Assembly: GCA_030141605.1 (NCBI GenBank) | Contig: JAQGDQ010001238.1 | Coordinates: 1 to 53,087, forward strand | DNA length: 53,087 nucleotides | Direction: 5' to 3' | Source of the DNA: Tubiluchus corallicola | Lineage: Eukaryota > Animalia > Priapulida | Part shown: positions 1 through 13,492 of the stretch, in pieces | Layout of the letters: each line of letters starts with the position of its first letter | Position numbering within the stretch: position 1 is the stretch's first letter | The notes under the pieces: generated by a model | The model's input: the letters and a program-made list of their open reading frames with translations, nothing else | Told to the model about the DNA's origin: nothing | Database searches by the model: none | Program-made: the position numbers and the translations under genes

Positions 1-17
1 GAGAGAGAGAGAGCGAG

Positions 18-54
<37 letters not shown>

Positions 55-113
55 GAGAGGGAGAGAAAGAGAGAGGGAGAGAGAGTAAGAGAGAGAAAGA
101 GAGAGAGAAAGAG
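1..113. repeat. (GA)n purine microsatellite, runs off the window start
   Basis: Direct reading. Confidence 0.95.
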
Positions 114-543
114 CGGCGGGAGCTAATGTTTAGTATTTTATATTCTCCACAGGAGGGCAGTTTTACATTTTGTTTAGTCTGGAACTGACAAAAAGCGGCA
201 CGCCAAATATTCCATCTGGAGAAAATTCGTCGTCCCGTTTTCATTTTACTAAAAATTTGCCAGGTCAAGCTAACTGCCGTACAGCTTTTCCTAATGAAAA
301 ACATTCGGCTTCCGCGCATAATCAACTCTGAGTCGTGACATAGTTAATGAAGAAAAAGATTTGCTCAGTCGTCATTATTAATATCACTGATTAGATTAGT
401 TTGTTCTATATATTTTGCAGATATGTACTAACAAAACTATGTACTATCAATATTTCTGAACAATTTTTGTCCATGCGTCGGTAACTAATCTAATCAGTGA
501 AACTAATAATGACGCCCGAGCAAATCTTTTTCTTCATTAACTA

Positions 544-1022
<479 letters not shown>

Positions 1023-2181
1023 CTACAAGCCTACTTAGAACACTAGAAACATTTTTGCAGAATGACGGGACATAGGCCATGGGGCTAATCCGAGTAAGGA
1101 AATCGCCAGACAAAGTCACTAATCCTAAGTAAAGAAAATCGCCAGGCTTCGTCATCTGGCCGCTAATTAAAGGCTAAAGCAGTGCGCGCTGTGAAGCCAG
1201 TGGTCAAGTCAGTGAAAGTTTGCAGACATGATCAATGTCGAATGACCCACATTGCAAAGTGCTTCATTGCCTAGCGACCGTCTGAGTAGAGAAATGAAGC
1301 CAGTGGAGAAATGAAGCCAGGCAGGTAATAACAACAAGATTATCCTCAATAGACTCATGTAACTAGGGCACAGAAATAGAAAGTAAAGGTGAATAGTCTC
1401 GACAGAATCAGGTCGGCTGTCTAATGGGGTCTACAAATGTAAACGACCGAATGGCATTATAGTTACTCACTTACGTTGTAATTACGAGAGAATGTGGAAT
1501 ACATCTTTAGAATTTCGTGATTATCGAATAATTAGGAAATAGGAACTGGGAAAAATTGAAATGTTTAAAAATTATGCCTAGGGCTGGATTTGAACTAGGA
1601 ATGTAAAATCTAGTCTTCACGTCTGAGGTTAACTTTCGACAAAAATGCCAAAATGAAATTTGTCAAACTTAATTGTGACTTAAAGTTAATAAACTGTTAT
1701 CTAGAAACATTAAATGAATACGAATATGAATCAATATTGGCAGAAGATTCCACAGAGAAGCAGGCCGCGTGCACAAGAACGGTGACGCTTCCGGAATGTG
1801 AGACGAGATATCACTGGCTACTATAGACTCTGAGAATCTATTTCAATGCCACGTCCTTTCACAATCCGTCGCGTCGACCGTCGTATATTCCGCGTCCACG
1901 AGTGAACGAGACTTTACATAGCTTTTTTCCTGCATGTATTATTAACACCGTCCCCGCAGCGGAATATTATGCGTAAAAGGAAGTGCATGTAGTAGAAATA
2001 GTAAGAGGAAGTAAGTCGTGGATAAATCAATCCAGGATGAGTTAATCCAGGATGCGCGTATGACAGCGGAATAAACTTAGACGCAGACAAATCCTGGGAG
2101 CGCATTTACAGGAAACTTCAGAATAAAATCATTAAGCACTATTAAAACTTCATTTATAAGTTGTAAAACTATCCCAATATA

Positions 2182-2189
2182 TAATAATA

Positions 2190-2232
<43 letters not shown>

Positions 2233-2273
2233 CGATGATGATGATGATGATGATAATAATAATAATAATAATA
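2182..2273. repeat. (AAT)n/(GAT)n compound microsatellite
   Basis: Direct reading. Confidence 0.95.
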
Positions 2274-2494
2274 AATCTTTATTAAAGAAATGAACATATA
2301 TACAAAAAGGTGCCTCTTTTTGCAGGCTCAGATCAACAATTTACATTTTCATATAACAAATCTTTTAAATATTTCCAGTTTCACACTATGTACAACGAAT
2401 AACGTATTATGCTTAAATTAGATTTAATTTCAAATGAGTCACAAGTATTATGCACACCCAAGTAAAAACTATCCCAAGACGAACTTGCAATAAA

Positions 2495-2820
2495 TATAGA
2501 CATATAGAAATAGACAGAGACATAGACATACAGACATGGACATAGACAAATAGACATAGACATGGAAATAGACATATAGACATAGACATAGACATAGACA
2601 GAGACATATACAGAGACATAGACAGAGACATACAGACATGGACATAGACATAGACATACAGACATGGACATAGACATAGGCATAGACAGAGACATAGACA
2701 GAGACATAGACATTTACTTTCTCCAAATGTGTCACAAATTTCCATTTTTCAAAAAATAGCTTTATCCGTGGAGATGGGGCGAGGAAAGACCATAGGTCAT
2801 CTAGTCACTCACCCCTTATA
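2495..2820 (-). mobile_element. CR1-like LINE 3' end with (TATGTC)n tail
   Basis: Minus strand GGGGTGAGTGACTAGATGACCTATGGTCTTTCCTCGCCCC stem-loop resembles the CR1 3' GACTAGATGACCT..GGTC motif; hexamer tail at 2495-2712. Confidence 0.55.
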
Positions 2821-3452
2821 ATTTAATATTGTAATAGCACAATAAAAGAATTGATGACATAGGATGCAATTATTGTTAATTACTTAAATAAAATAATCAA
2901 AATAAAGCAATAACAAAAAGAAAAACATAAAAACAAACATGACAACAATTGCATAAGTGAAAAAAGAATAATAATAAATGAAGATGATGAATAAGTATCA
3001 CAATGATTAGTTACGAATTAAATAAAATGATAATAATGTACAGTTGTTTACAAGACAAAACAATGTGAATATGATTATATAACAGAAGAAACGTAAAAGC
3101 AAAGCAGAGCAGCTCATTTATGTCACCGTTCACAAGTATTTGCTAGAACATTGACTCAACAAAACGGTTACAAGTTGACGTAACACGTGCTTCGCTTAAG
3201 CTTAAGACTAATTTTCCATTTTCCTGGTTCTATCTTTTCCTTTTTTCTAGATTTGGGGCGGGTTCGCAACTCAGTAAATTTGAATTTATTTTAAATCGCT
3301 AGAGTTTCTTTACTCTTAAATCGTAAAAAGTCCCAGCAACAAGAGCGACATCAACTGAACCAAATTAGCGAGTCACAACTTTGACACTACGTTTTTCTTA
3401 TGAAGTATTTAGGTTGGCATTAAAATGCACACTTCAAATATGATCTTACACC

Positions 3453-3967
3453 TTCTTCTTCTTCTTCTTCTTCTTCTTCTTCTTCTTCTTCTTCCCAGCT
3501 TTTCCCTATGCGGGGTCGCCGTTGTGAATGAGTCTTCTCCACGCATTCCTGTTGTTGACCATCTCTTCATTCATGTCTTCCCTTCCCACATGATCTTCAC
3601 CGACTCTTCTTTTCAGGTGTCCACACCATCGCAATCTAGCGAGGCTTCCACTACTTTTACTATTTCTCTGATATTATTATTTCTAATTAATCTCTTCTTG
3701 TTACTCCCACCATCCATCTCAACATCCTCATCTCCACCACACCCATTTTCTTCTCTTCGGTCTTCTTTAGAGAAGCTGCTTCCAGCCCATAGATTAGAGC
3801 GGGTCTGACCACTTCTTTGTGGACTTTCCCTTTAAGTCTCACCGACTCATTCATAGAAGGTTTTGGTGCAGTTTTTACAGGCGGATGCCCTTCCTGACTC
3901 TAACTCTCCCTATTTATCCGGGCTTGGGACCGGCTTGACCTCCCCCCCCCCACCCAGTGGCTAGGTT
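3453..3967 (-). mobile_element. Non-autonomous bipartite RTE-type retroelement (copy 1)
   Basis: 5' end AACC TAGCCAC..GGTCCCAAGCCCGGATAAATAGGGAG fused to RTE ORF C-terminal sequence; (GAA)n tail; TSD CAAATATGATCTTACACC at 3435-3452 and 3968-3985. Confidence 0.85.
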
Positions 3968-5904
3968 CAAATATGATCTTACACCATTACGGTAAAAATC
4001 ATATACAATAAAACTTCCCTCCCTCCGAATGTTGACATAAACTTACACAATGGCACTGCCAGTAGTAAAACCTAATCTGCATCCTAGGGACGTCAGACAG
4101 CACGATATATCATTACGTAAGTTTATTCACCTTCATTCAACTATTATAGTACGCACTCATTTCCCCCGTCTGGTTTTTTTGGCCCGTCTGCAATGGTTGC
4201 TACCCGACTTTTATCACAACCGAAACTGGTTTAATAACAGGACGTTCAACCACGATATTAAAAATGCAAGTAGGGAGGATCCATCACCGGGTGCTAATGA
4301 TTATTATAGGTGGCTAGGCCTAAGAAGCTTTGCAAGAAATTAAATTAAAAAAACAGAAATATAGTGGAATGCAGCAACCACCAAACACTTCATGAAACTA
4401 AATTTGAATAAAAGCAAGGTTATGTGAATCAGTCGCAGGATTAAACTTGGATTCGATCCAGGGACCTTTGAATTACAAACCAAAAGACCTGTGATCGTTA
4501 CACCACACAGCCATCCGTAACCAAAATAGGCCTTGTTCAAATTTAACAGCTTACAAACAATCGCACAGCTTTGGGAGCTAGTTTAATCATGCCAGCGCCA
4601 TTGTAACAAGTTAAATCATTTTTAAATATTTTAATTTAGAGATTGGGTTAACCCAAGGATAACCAATTATTTGTGGGATTAACTGAACAATAACGAAGGA
4701 CAATACGTCACCCATAATTATAAACTTTGGAAACCAAGCTTGGCCAAAAATTGAAAAATGTGAAAAAGATGGGACTTAGCTAGATTCGAAATAAAGCCTT
4801 TGCGTTACACGTGTCTAATGCCATCACTACTGAACAGCACTGCCCCTTGTAAACAAAGAAGACCTTTCTCAATCTTAATAGCTTACAAACAACTCACACC
4901 AAAAATAATTACTAACTTAAGATGACTTAACTAATCCATGGCTAATTAAAATTAAAATCGACATAAAATTTGCAAATTAGTATTCATCACCGACTGAGCA
5001 CGTTTCAATACATAAAATCAGTACATACTCTACCCAATCAAGTCGAAAAGGCGGAGTACTAGTCTTATTTTACGATCAACCCGCTTGTAAACTTGTTTAA
5101 ATACTGGCTTAGTAATGCCCACAGACAAACATGGCAAAGTTACATTAAATAAAATGCCTGGGAGGCTAGACAATGGGCGTAACAGCCAGAATTGAAACAA
5201 GAGTAAATACGTTTTACGTAAAAAAATAATGCAACATAAAATTATATGACTTTTTATATGCAACCTTAGGGCAACAATGAACCAGTTTTCTTTAATGTTC
5301 CACCTAGACAAACCTGACATTATAAATCGCCATGATATACAACGATGGATTTTTTTATATTAAATATTACTTTGGCAAAATATTAAATGCGTGTACCATA
5401 GATGACATTTATATAACTTTATAGTTATCGTCGAACGAGCTTAATCGCACGTAATATGTCTTTCATTAATTTCACGTACAGAATGGTCGATAAAGTACAT
5501 CAACCGTAGCAGAGCGGTACAGGGCGATATACAATAATGAATCCGAGTTACTTTGGAAGTTAGAAATGTTATCGAAACTTAAATAAACTCGCTCAAAAAA
5601 CCCTCGAGCTTCAAGAAGCGCCCCAAGTATCACTCCTGTGCTGACCCGGTGTTCTTCATACACGAATGCAGGTTGGATTTTTTTCAACTAAAGTTTGATC
5701 CGATTGATTGAGGATGTAAAAATTATAGAACACCTGTTTTACCTACCTGTAGATGCTGTGCCGCTTTTGAAACTGTTAAAATCATTTGAGCCCCTAATTA
5801 TTTTTTAAAAAGGAAATTTTTTTTTGGCTTGGTAGTTTTGTTCAGTATGTCCATCTTATTTACACATAATAATTATTTTTTTCTACCTGTGCCCGTGTGC
5901 TAAA

Positions 5905-6245
5905 TATATCCCGTATCCCACGGGATACATTGGGATTCAATGGAAGCATAAAATGTGCTTCATTTTGTAACTGCTGATAATTTTTTAAAGTATTTAAGAC
6001 ATTTAGTATGCATGCTATGCTGATCTGTACAAAGTCGTCTCTAAAGTGCTGTACCTTGCGCAGTTTTTTATGCTATGTAGATTTTCTAGTTTGCCATTTT
6101 ATCACCATTTTTAGTCTATTGTTATTGGCTTAAATCAAAATAACTATTAACAGATCAAATTACTGTCAGTTTTAAAATTTTATTAATTTTAAAGGCAGAA
6201 AATATTTTCGTATCCCACGGGATACAACGGGTATGAAAGGGTTAA
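5905..6245. mobile_element. piggyBac-like transposon end fragment
   Basis: Ends ..TATGAAAGGG-TTAA; subterminal palindrome GTATCCCACGGGATAC occurs twice; the other end was not found. Confidence 0.4.
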
Positions 6246-6634
6246 TCATTTTCTAATTAGCTGCCTCTTCATATCGCCATGCTCGAGATACTTACTAAAC
6301 AAACTCTTGCATATTGTTAATTCCTTATAATATCAGAATTTATAATCTGTCAACAAATGAACTGGTTTATCTGCTTCTTTATGGCAATCAATAATTTCAT
6401 ACGACTGTTAATATTCATGTATTTATACGCCTGTATGGAAATTTATATTTCTTACTAAGCGCTTCTAATCATTGTCCTTATTGACATTGTTTACATAATA
6501 ATATTATTGTTATCCTTAATATTATGCTAAGTATGTACCTATACTGCTAATAGTCATACTGTAATACTTCTACTGTTCATTTATTATCTGAGTCTTCTAA
6601 ATGTTACGTTATATCAGTTGTAGAGTTTACTCAA

Positions 6635-7161
6635 AACTCACAAAAGTTTTTGAAAATAGGAAGATTTCTTTGGAAACAAAAATTAGAATATTCTCAGCCT
6701 TAGTTGAAACTGTATTTCTGTATAACTCTGAGCTCTGAACATTAAAAGCAAATCATAAAGCTGAAATTGACGCGTTTCAAAGGCGAAATTACAGAAACAT
6801 TTTGGGTATTAGATGGCCAAAGAAGATTTCAAACAAAGATCTATATGAAAAAATAAAAGAAGAACCTTGGACAAGAAAAATAAAAAGATGCCGTTTCAGA
6901 TGGATTGGGCTTATGCTTAGACTACCTGATGATATTCCAGTGAAGATAGCTCTTCAACAAGCCATAGAACCAGCTAAAAAACCTGCAGGAGGACAAATGT
7001 TAGCATATTTAGATTTTGCACAGAAAGATTTAAACACTTCAGCATTGATCCTTAGAAACAAATCCACTTGGGGCATTGCAGCGTGTAGGGAGTCCTGGCA
7101 TAGGGAGGTGAGCAGAATCATGTCCCTGGACGAGTGATTCATTGAAGAAGAAGAAGAAGAA
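6635..7161 (+). mobile_element. 5'-truncated RTE-clade LINE remnant
   Basis: Translates KISLETKIRIFSALVETVFLYNSEL*..ILGIRWPKKISNKDLY..RFRWIGLMLR (post-RT region of RTE ORF) with an in-frame stop; (GAA)n tail 7144-7161. Confidence 0.8.
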
Positions 7162-8739
7162 GTTGTTAAGCTGTCTTGCTTCCAGCCATATTGTAATCTC
7201 TGTATAACATGTACAATAAAACTACGCTCAGTGAGTATAAACCAAACTCACATATAGAATGTGATAGCAATTGTTTAATGCTTACTGCACTACTTTTTAT
7301 TGTATGTCCACTTGGAGACATTTTTATTCTTACAATCTTAGCAAACTCAAGGTTGCATGTAATGTATCAGCACGGAAGCTGTTTAACTTTTCATATGATA
7401 CGAGTGCTAGATATATTTCTACTAGACTTAATATTATTTATTTTGATGTTATTCACAGAAAATGTCCGTACAGTTTATACGTCAGGCTGAATAAGAGTGA
7501 AAATTTTATATGCAAGGACATTTTAAACAGCGATGCAAACTTTACTTCTGTAATTAGATGTCATTGGCGTAGTTTGTTATATCGTTAATTGTTATTTGTG
7601 TTATTGTTTTGTGTCATGATTCATTGTATTATTTGTATTAATTTGTGATGTGTATATGAACTTTGTAAAGTTTGAAATAAAATATTAAATCTTTAAAATC
7701 TTTATATAACCTTTTCCCCAGTTTACCTTGGTGCTTACAGGTCCAGAGTAGGTATCCAACTTGTAAAGTAATAAGCAATATTGAGCGACGATTATCATCA
7801 TTTCCAAAAGCTTCAATTGCTTATCATCCAGGTTTACATTAGATCTATGACACAGTTTGTAACATAGACTTATATTCAAGTCTATCATTTCTCAAATCTC
7901 ATTGCAAAATTGCCATTGCCTTCTTGAAAATGGCTTTCGTTTGTGAAGCTGAGAAACTTGCAATGTCTGTAATTAGAAAGCTGGATTAAGGATGCTTACC
8001 CCCATCTTGGAACTCAGCCAGACCATTGGATCTCTCTGCAAAATCTACTGAATTGCTGACAGTGGATGACTCCTCTCCCTCCAAGTACTTGCAGAACGCG
8101 GGAGGCTGTTGCTGATCGCCACCATGTGCTAAACAATAAATAAAAACAACGTATCAAATGGAGTGCATCAATTACAAGTAGAAATTTAATCTATAGGCAA
8201 CTGTGACTGACGAGGTACACAAAGGTGCCTAATTTTGGTTTTCATGGCCTCCCAAGTACCACAACAGCAGAAGAAACTCTGAGATTTGGGATTAAAACGA
8301 TAATTACTCAATGAACAGAGGGAACTGCTGACATGTATAAAAACTTTGCAAAGTTTCACCCAACTCATCCTTACTCCTTATGAGCGTAAATGCTTCCGTT
8401 ACATTTAACTTGAAAGCAGAAATACGATCAGCTATCTATCGATAGCATAATTCTATATTAACGTATCTAACATTGCCTTCCTATACACAAGCTTGAGTAT
8501 TGATATTGATAAATTAATTTTCTCTATAGTTAACTAAAATATGAACCTATCTTGAACAGTGATAGTGATTTGTTCACACTGTTAAGCTCGTGTTCAGTAT
8601 CTCAGCCTATTAATTCTCATTGCAGTGTTATTATTCATATTTATTGCTTCTAGTGCTTTTCTTTAAGTATGATTTCATCTTGATTGCATATAGTCAGTGC
8701 ACAATCAGAAACTGCACTGACTATAATATCCTGTACATC

Positions 8740-9231
8740 TTCTTCTTCCCAGCTTTTCCCTATGCGGGGTCGCCGTTGTGAATGAGTCTTCTCCACGCAT
8801 TCCTGTTGTTGACCATCTCTTCATTTATGTCTTCCCTTCCCACAAGATCTTCACCGACTCTTCTTTTCAGGTGTCCATACCATCGCAATCTTGCGAGGCT
8901 TCCACTATTTTTACTGTTCCTCTGAATATTATTATTTCTAATTTTATCTCTTCTTGTTATTCCCACCATCCATCTCAACATTCTCATCTCCACCACACCC
9001 ATTTTCTTCTCTTCGGTCTTCTTTAGAGAAGCTGCTTCCAGCCCATAGATTAGAGCGGGTCTGACCACTTCTTTGTGGACTTTCCCTTTAAGTCTCACCG
9101 ACTCATTCGTAGAAGGTTTTGGCGCAGTTTTTACAGGCGGATGCCCTTCCTGACCCTAACCCTCCCTATTTATCCGGGCTTGGGACCGGCACTGAGTTGG
9201 GCTGGCTTCCCCCCCCTCCAGTGGCTAGGTT
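8740..9231 (-). mobile_element. Non-autonomous bipartite RTE-type retroelement (copy 2)
   Basis: [39 protein letters not shown]; 19-bp TSD CTATAATATCCTGTACATC at 8721-8739 and 9232-9250. Confidence 0.88.
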
Positions 9232-10934
9232 CTATAATATCCTGTACATCAAGGTCCAAAATCCAAAATAAATAGTCTTATCTGCTGGCTATTTAACAGT
9301 TTCGTGTTCTTCCTTTTCGTGTATGCGGTGTATTTTCAATTTGCCACTCAGCAGGCCAGCGAAATCAATGAAGCCTCGAGATACATAATATTCGATTCAT
9401 CCACTACTCTATTAATAATAGAAAAATCTGGCGAGACTTCTTTCCCAAAAGATGGTCTTCCTCATCAAACAGTCAAACGCACTCGGCACACACATCGCGT
9501 TGGCATGGCAACCGCAAAGATTCTCGGTTTTGCGCGTCAGAAAATGCCGTGAAAAAGCATAAAACTGGGTCAGCGGGCTAGAACACATGACGTCGTTTCC
9601 TGCAATTGTTGTAGACGGTTTCGTTAGTATGAAAAAAATTGCAAATTCAAATAACGGTTTCCGGAAATGAGGCGAATTTTGACGCGTTTTAACCAATATG
9701 AAATCTGACAGCTGGAATATTCCCAGTGACACGACTCACGAGTGTCGGGAAAAAGCTGGGGAGATTTTTGTTTGATTGGCAGGCACTAGAGATTCTGAAA
9801 TAGTTACAAACCATGTCTTGGTACACAAGAAAAGTCCTACAAGGAAACAAGTAAAAAACCAAATTAGCCACATGATGCTTTAAAAGTTGCAATCACATTT
9901 ATCGAATCGGAATCGATAACGGAAACGGAGACGCCCTTAGGTCATATGAAAACTGGAGATGTGATAATAACGGTCACAAATATTATTGCAGAGCAACGAA
10001 GAAGAAAAGGAATTTTTACTCTGCAGCGAAAATTAGACCTCACTAAGATTCACAATTCTGCAAGCCTGTGAATGTGAAGTACGGCACATTATAAACAACT
10101 AAAGTTAAGCAACGTAGAACCTGGTCAGGAAATGAATGGATGATCATCTGGATAAACTCGCGTTGGGATGATTTTGACCTGTTGCGGGAGGATGTCCATG
10201 ATGAGTCCAACCATCGGTTACGATGCAACCAACAATCCCTTCACTGTAGAAGCTCAATTCTTATTCTAATAGCGGCACAGATTCTGGTCCTACCACAAGC
10301 ATTTACGCTAAGTAGCCCTGCTGTTGAGTGTGCTATGTCTTGGCTTTCAGTGCCAACCGTACAAAAAAATGTGAAGGCATTTTCGTGGCTTATCTTAACT
10401 GCATATTAAAAAATTGGAGACATTTTGCCACATTTTGCACAGTTCCTTGGCCCTGCAACGCCTGTACAGAATCGTTCAGTTTAACTGTAAAGAAACTCGC
10501 CAGTTTTCAGAGGTCTTTGTCTAACAAACCGTTCTAGTCACGCTGCCCAGGATAAAAAGCATAGCTTGTGTCCCTTGGCTCATTCAGCTAACTCTTTGGC
10601 GGGGGTAATTACCATAAGTCTTTGTTGGGGCAGCCAGACAAAGAGGTGACGGCAAAGCTGGGTCAGTGCTACAATGGCCACGGCCTTTAGAATTTTTGAT
10701 CCACCCACAAAAATCATCTAAATGCTAACGACTTATGCATCAATCATGAGGTCATCGCGATGCGCGCCATCTGTCGACTATTTACGCAAATATTTGAAGA
10801 CAGGATACTGTACTAGGCTTCAATTTACATTAGGCCTTTGCCACTTTAAAATCTAGCAAAACGCAAATTAAGAAAAAAAAAAGTAGAGAAACAAGCAGAC
10901 TTCGTTCAGATCAAGACATCTATTCGTTCAGAAA

Positions 10935-11490
10935 GAATAAGATTGAATGTTGTATAAAGAATGAATGTGGAGAAAAATGCAGGAGCAGCAATAAATTAAG
11001 ATTTGTAAGGCATACCGAGTGGAAACGACAAAATTACATAGACACATGCAAGCCAGAAGAGGTTAAAGATATATTGAAAATAAGACTGAATATGATTAAA
11101 GTTAAAGGGAACTACAATAATGAGTTTAAGGATCAGTTATTATGCCCAGTGTGTGAGGAACATGATGACACTACTGAACATATGCTTAGATGTGACAAAT
11201 ATGGAGAATGGAAAAAAATTGAACTGAAATATATTAATGAACAGTGAAAAGGAAGGATTGCTAGAAATTAGAAATCTAGTGAACGAATGCATGGAATACA
11301 GGATAAAGACAAATAAAGACATTAAACTTGGAAAAGACAACTAAAAGATCAGCGTTATAGAAGAACAGACTTTGCCCCGCCTCGGATAGGTGGAGAGAGT
11401 CGAGTATCGCAATCGCAAGACATGGCCAAGATAAAGTACCAAATGACCTAGTGTGTTCATTCTGGTGGCACTCGATCATATTCATACTTA
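10935..11490 (+). mobile_element. Non-LTR retrotransposon 3' fragment with C-terminal CCHC zinc knuckle
   Basis: Manual translation ..KLRFVRHTEWKRQNYIDTCKPEEVKDILKIRLNMIKVKGNY..LCPVCEEHDDTTEHMLRC, then a frameshift and a 3'UTR-like tail; absent from the ORF track. Confidence 0.7.
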
Positions 11491-11502
11491 TACAAAGTGC
11501 TA

Positions 11503-11780
11503 GTAATAATAATAGTAGTAATAGTAATAATCTTTATTTAAAGTCGTCTTTTGGGTCAACAATTAACATTAGCTCAAAGAGCTATTATCGCCGACTGTAA
11601 ATAACAACCTACAACTACATAACAGAGACTATTATTACCCCACTTTTACCCTAAATACCACGCGTCAGGCAGGGCAACAGCAGGTACGACCAACAGTCTT
11701 TGGTATGACCCGGCCGCTGGCTCGAACTCACGACCTCCCAGACGGAAAGCAAACGCGTCACCACTAGACTAAGCCGTCTG
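11503..11780 (-). mobile_element. tRNA-derived SINE, Meta-domain-like (copy 1)
   Basis: Reverse complement of 31736-32030; A box TAGTCTAGTGG, B box GTTCGAGCC, core GGTCATACCAAAGAC, (TTA)n tail. Confidence 0.75.
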
Positions 11781-12030
11781 CTACACAGACCTTGTCACTG
11801 AAAGGCCTTTCTGACTGTCCTTGGCATGCGAATTAACCCTGAAGGCGATTGCAGCTGGTCAGCCTACAAAGCTGAATCTGGGACAACTTTACACGGCAGC
11901 TGATGCAAGCGAAGATGCAATGAAGTTGTCATAGGAACACCTTTGTATGTTCAATTTAAGATTGCTGCGGGTCACCCCCTCCCCTCACCCGGAGTCACAA
12001 AACGAGAAATTGAGATATCTGTCACAACCC

Positions 12031-12250
12031 GATTTCGGACATACGTCACAAGTGGATTTCAGACATACGTCACAAATAGATTTCAGACATACGTCACAAG
12101 TCGATTTCAGACATACGTCACAAGTCGATCTCGGACATGCGTCACAAGTCGATTTCAGACATACGTCACAAGTCGATCTCGGACATACGTCACAAGTCGA
12201 TTTCAGACATACGCCAGAAGTCGATTTCAGACATACGTCACAAGTCGATT
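12031..12250. repeat. 24-bp minisatellite, about 9 copies
   Basis: Unit GATTTCAGACATACGTCACAAGTC. Confidence 0.92.
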
Positions 12251-13374
12251 TACGTTGCACACTTTTGTAAATTAGGAACATCCATATTACAATAACAGCA
12301 ACTACCTTTGGTTTCACTCTTAGAGCGTATACGACGACGGTAACCGTAAAAATGGGGAGGGTATAGATCACACGCCATGTATGTTTAAAGAGGTTCTAAT
12401 TTTGAGTGAGAGTGGGCCACAAAATCCAGACACGCAGTCTAAACACGGGCGGGATCCACCGTGCGAAATTAAAAATCTGGAAAGAGTACAGATGTTTACA
12501 CATGGCGTCGATTTCTACGTTCCAGACGAGAAAATTTTTGAAATTTTACAGTCCTGCTCTTAACCCTTTTGAAGCATGGCTAACAAGCTTCCGTAACTTC
12601 TAACCGCGTCGACATACCTGCTGTCACTCCACTCAAAATATACTAATTTAAAGCTGCAACTATTTCTTACGGTGTGATTAAAACGCCGCTTCTGTGTCGT
12701 TCTGACTTATTCCATCTACACCGTCATCGGGAGTTACTAAAAGATCCCAAATGGAGGTTAAAGGGTTGACATTCAATTAGTCTTGAACGTAACGGGCATG
12801 AAGAAACCTCGTAAAACAATGCTAGCTGACACGCCAAGGAGAGAGTTCAGGATATGGGCATGTGCAGAAAGATGAACATTCTATCTCCTCCATCACTCCT
12901 CCTCCGTTCTTCTGCACGATCAACCCTTCTTGTTGTCTTTTAAAACTACATCTTGCATTCAACTACGTTTGACCGTCCCAAGAATCTATTTTTTTACTTT
13001 GAAGCTGGTATTACGAGAACAATTTCGTCCACTGCATGTTCGTCTCAATCTTTTGAATCTTTCGGACATTTAAGAGGGCGAAATGCCGCTGAATGTATGG
13101 TTCCGGAAGCCATTTCCGGAAATGTAAGAAACTGCCTTCGTCAAGAAATAGGGAAGGATCGATCGCAGAAATCACTAAGACAATAAAAGGATTAAATTAA
13201 AAGAAATATTTTCCCACCATGATGGATATTTGTAAAAACGTATACTAGTTTACCATTTTCATTTGTCTTAACTGTCAGCACAGCTTAATGTGTTAGGCAT
13301 TAGCATTGTTGCTGTGTTAAAGATCAGTTCTTATTGGCTAGGCCGCTAGGGCTACATTAGCCCAACTTTTTAGT

Positions 13375-13492
13375 CGTAGTGGCTACGACAGCAGCAACAG
13401 CAGCAATACCGGCAGCGGCAGCAGTAGCAGCAATAGTGACAGTGCTAGCGGTGGCGACAGCGACAGCGACAGCAGCAGCAGTAGTAGCAGTC
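13375..13492. repeat. Degenerate (GCA/GTA/GCGACA)n microsatellite
   Basis: Direct reading. Confidence 0.8.

Noticed and set aside
7685-8368. Short minus-strand ORFs suggesting a degraded gene or transposase
   Set aside because: Fragmented, with no motif I can recognise
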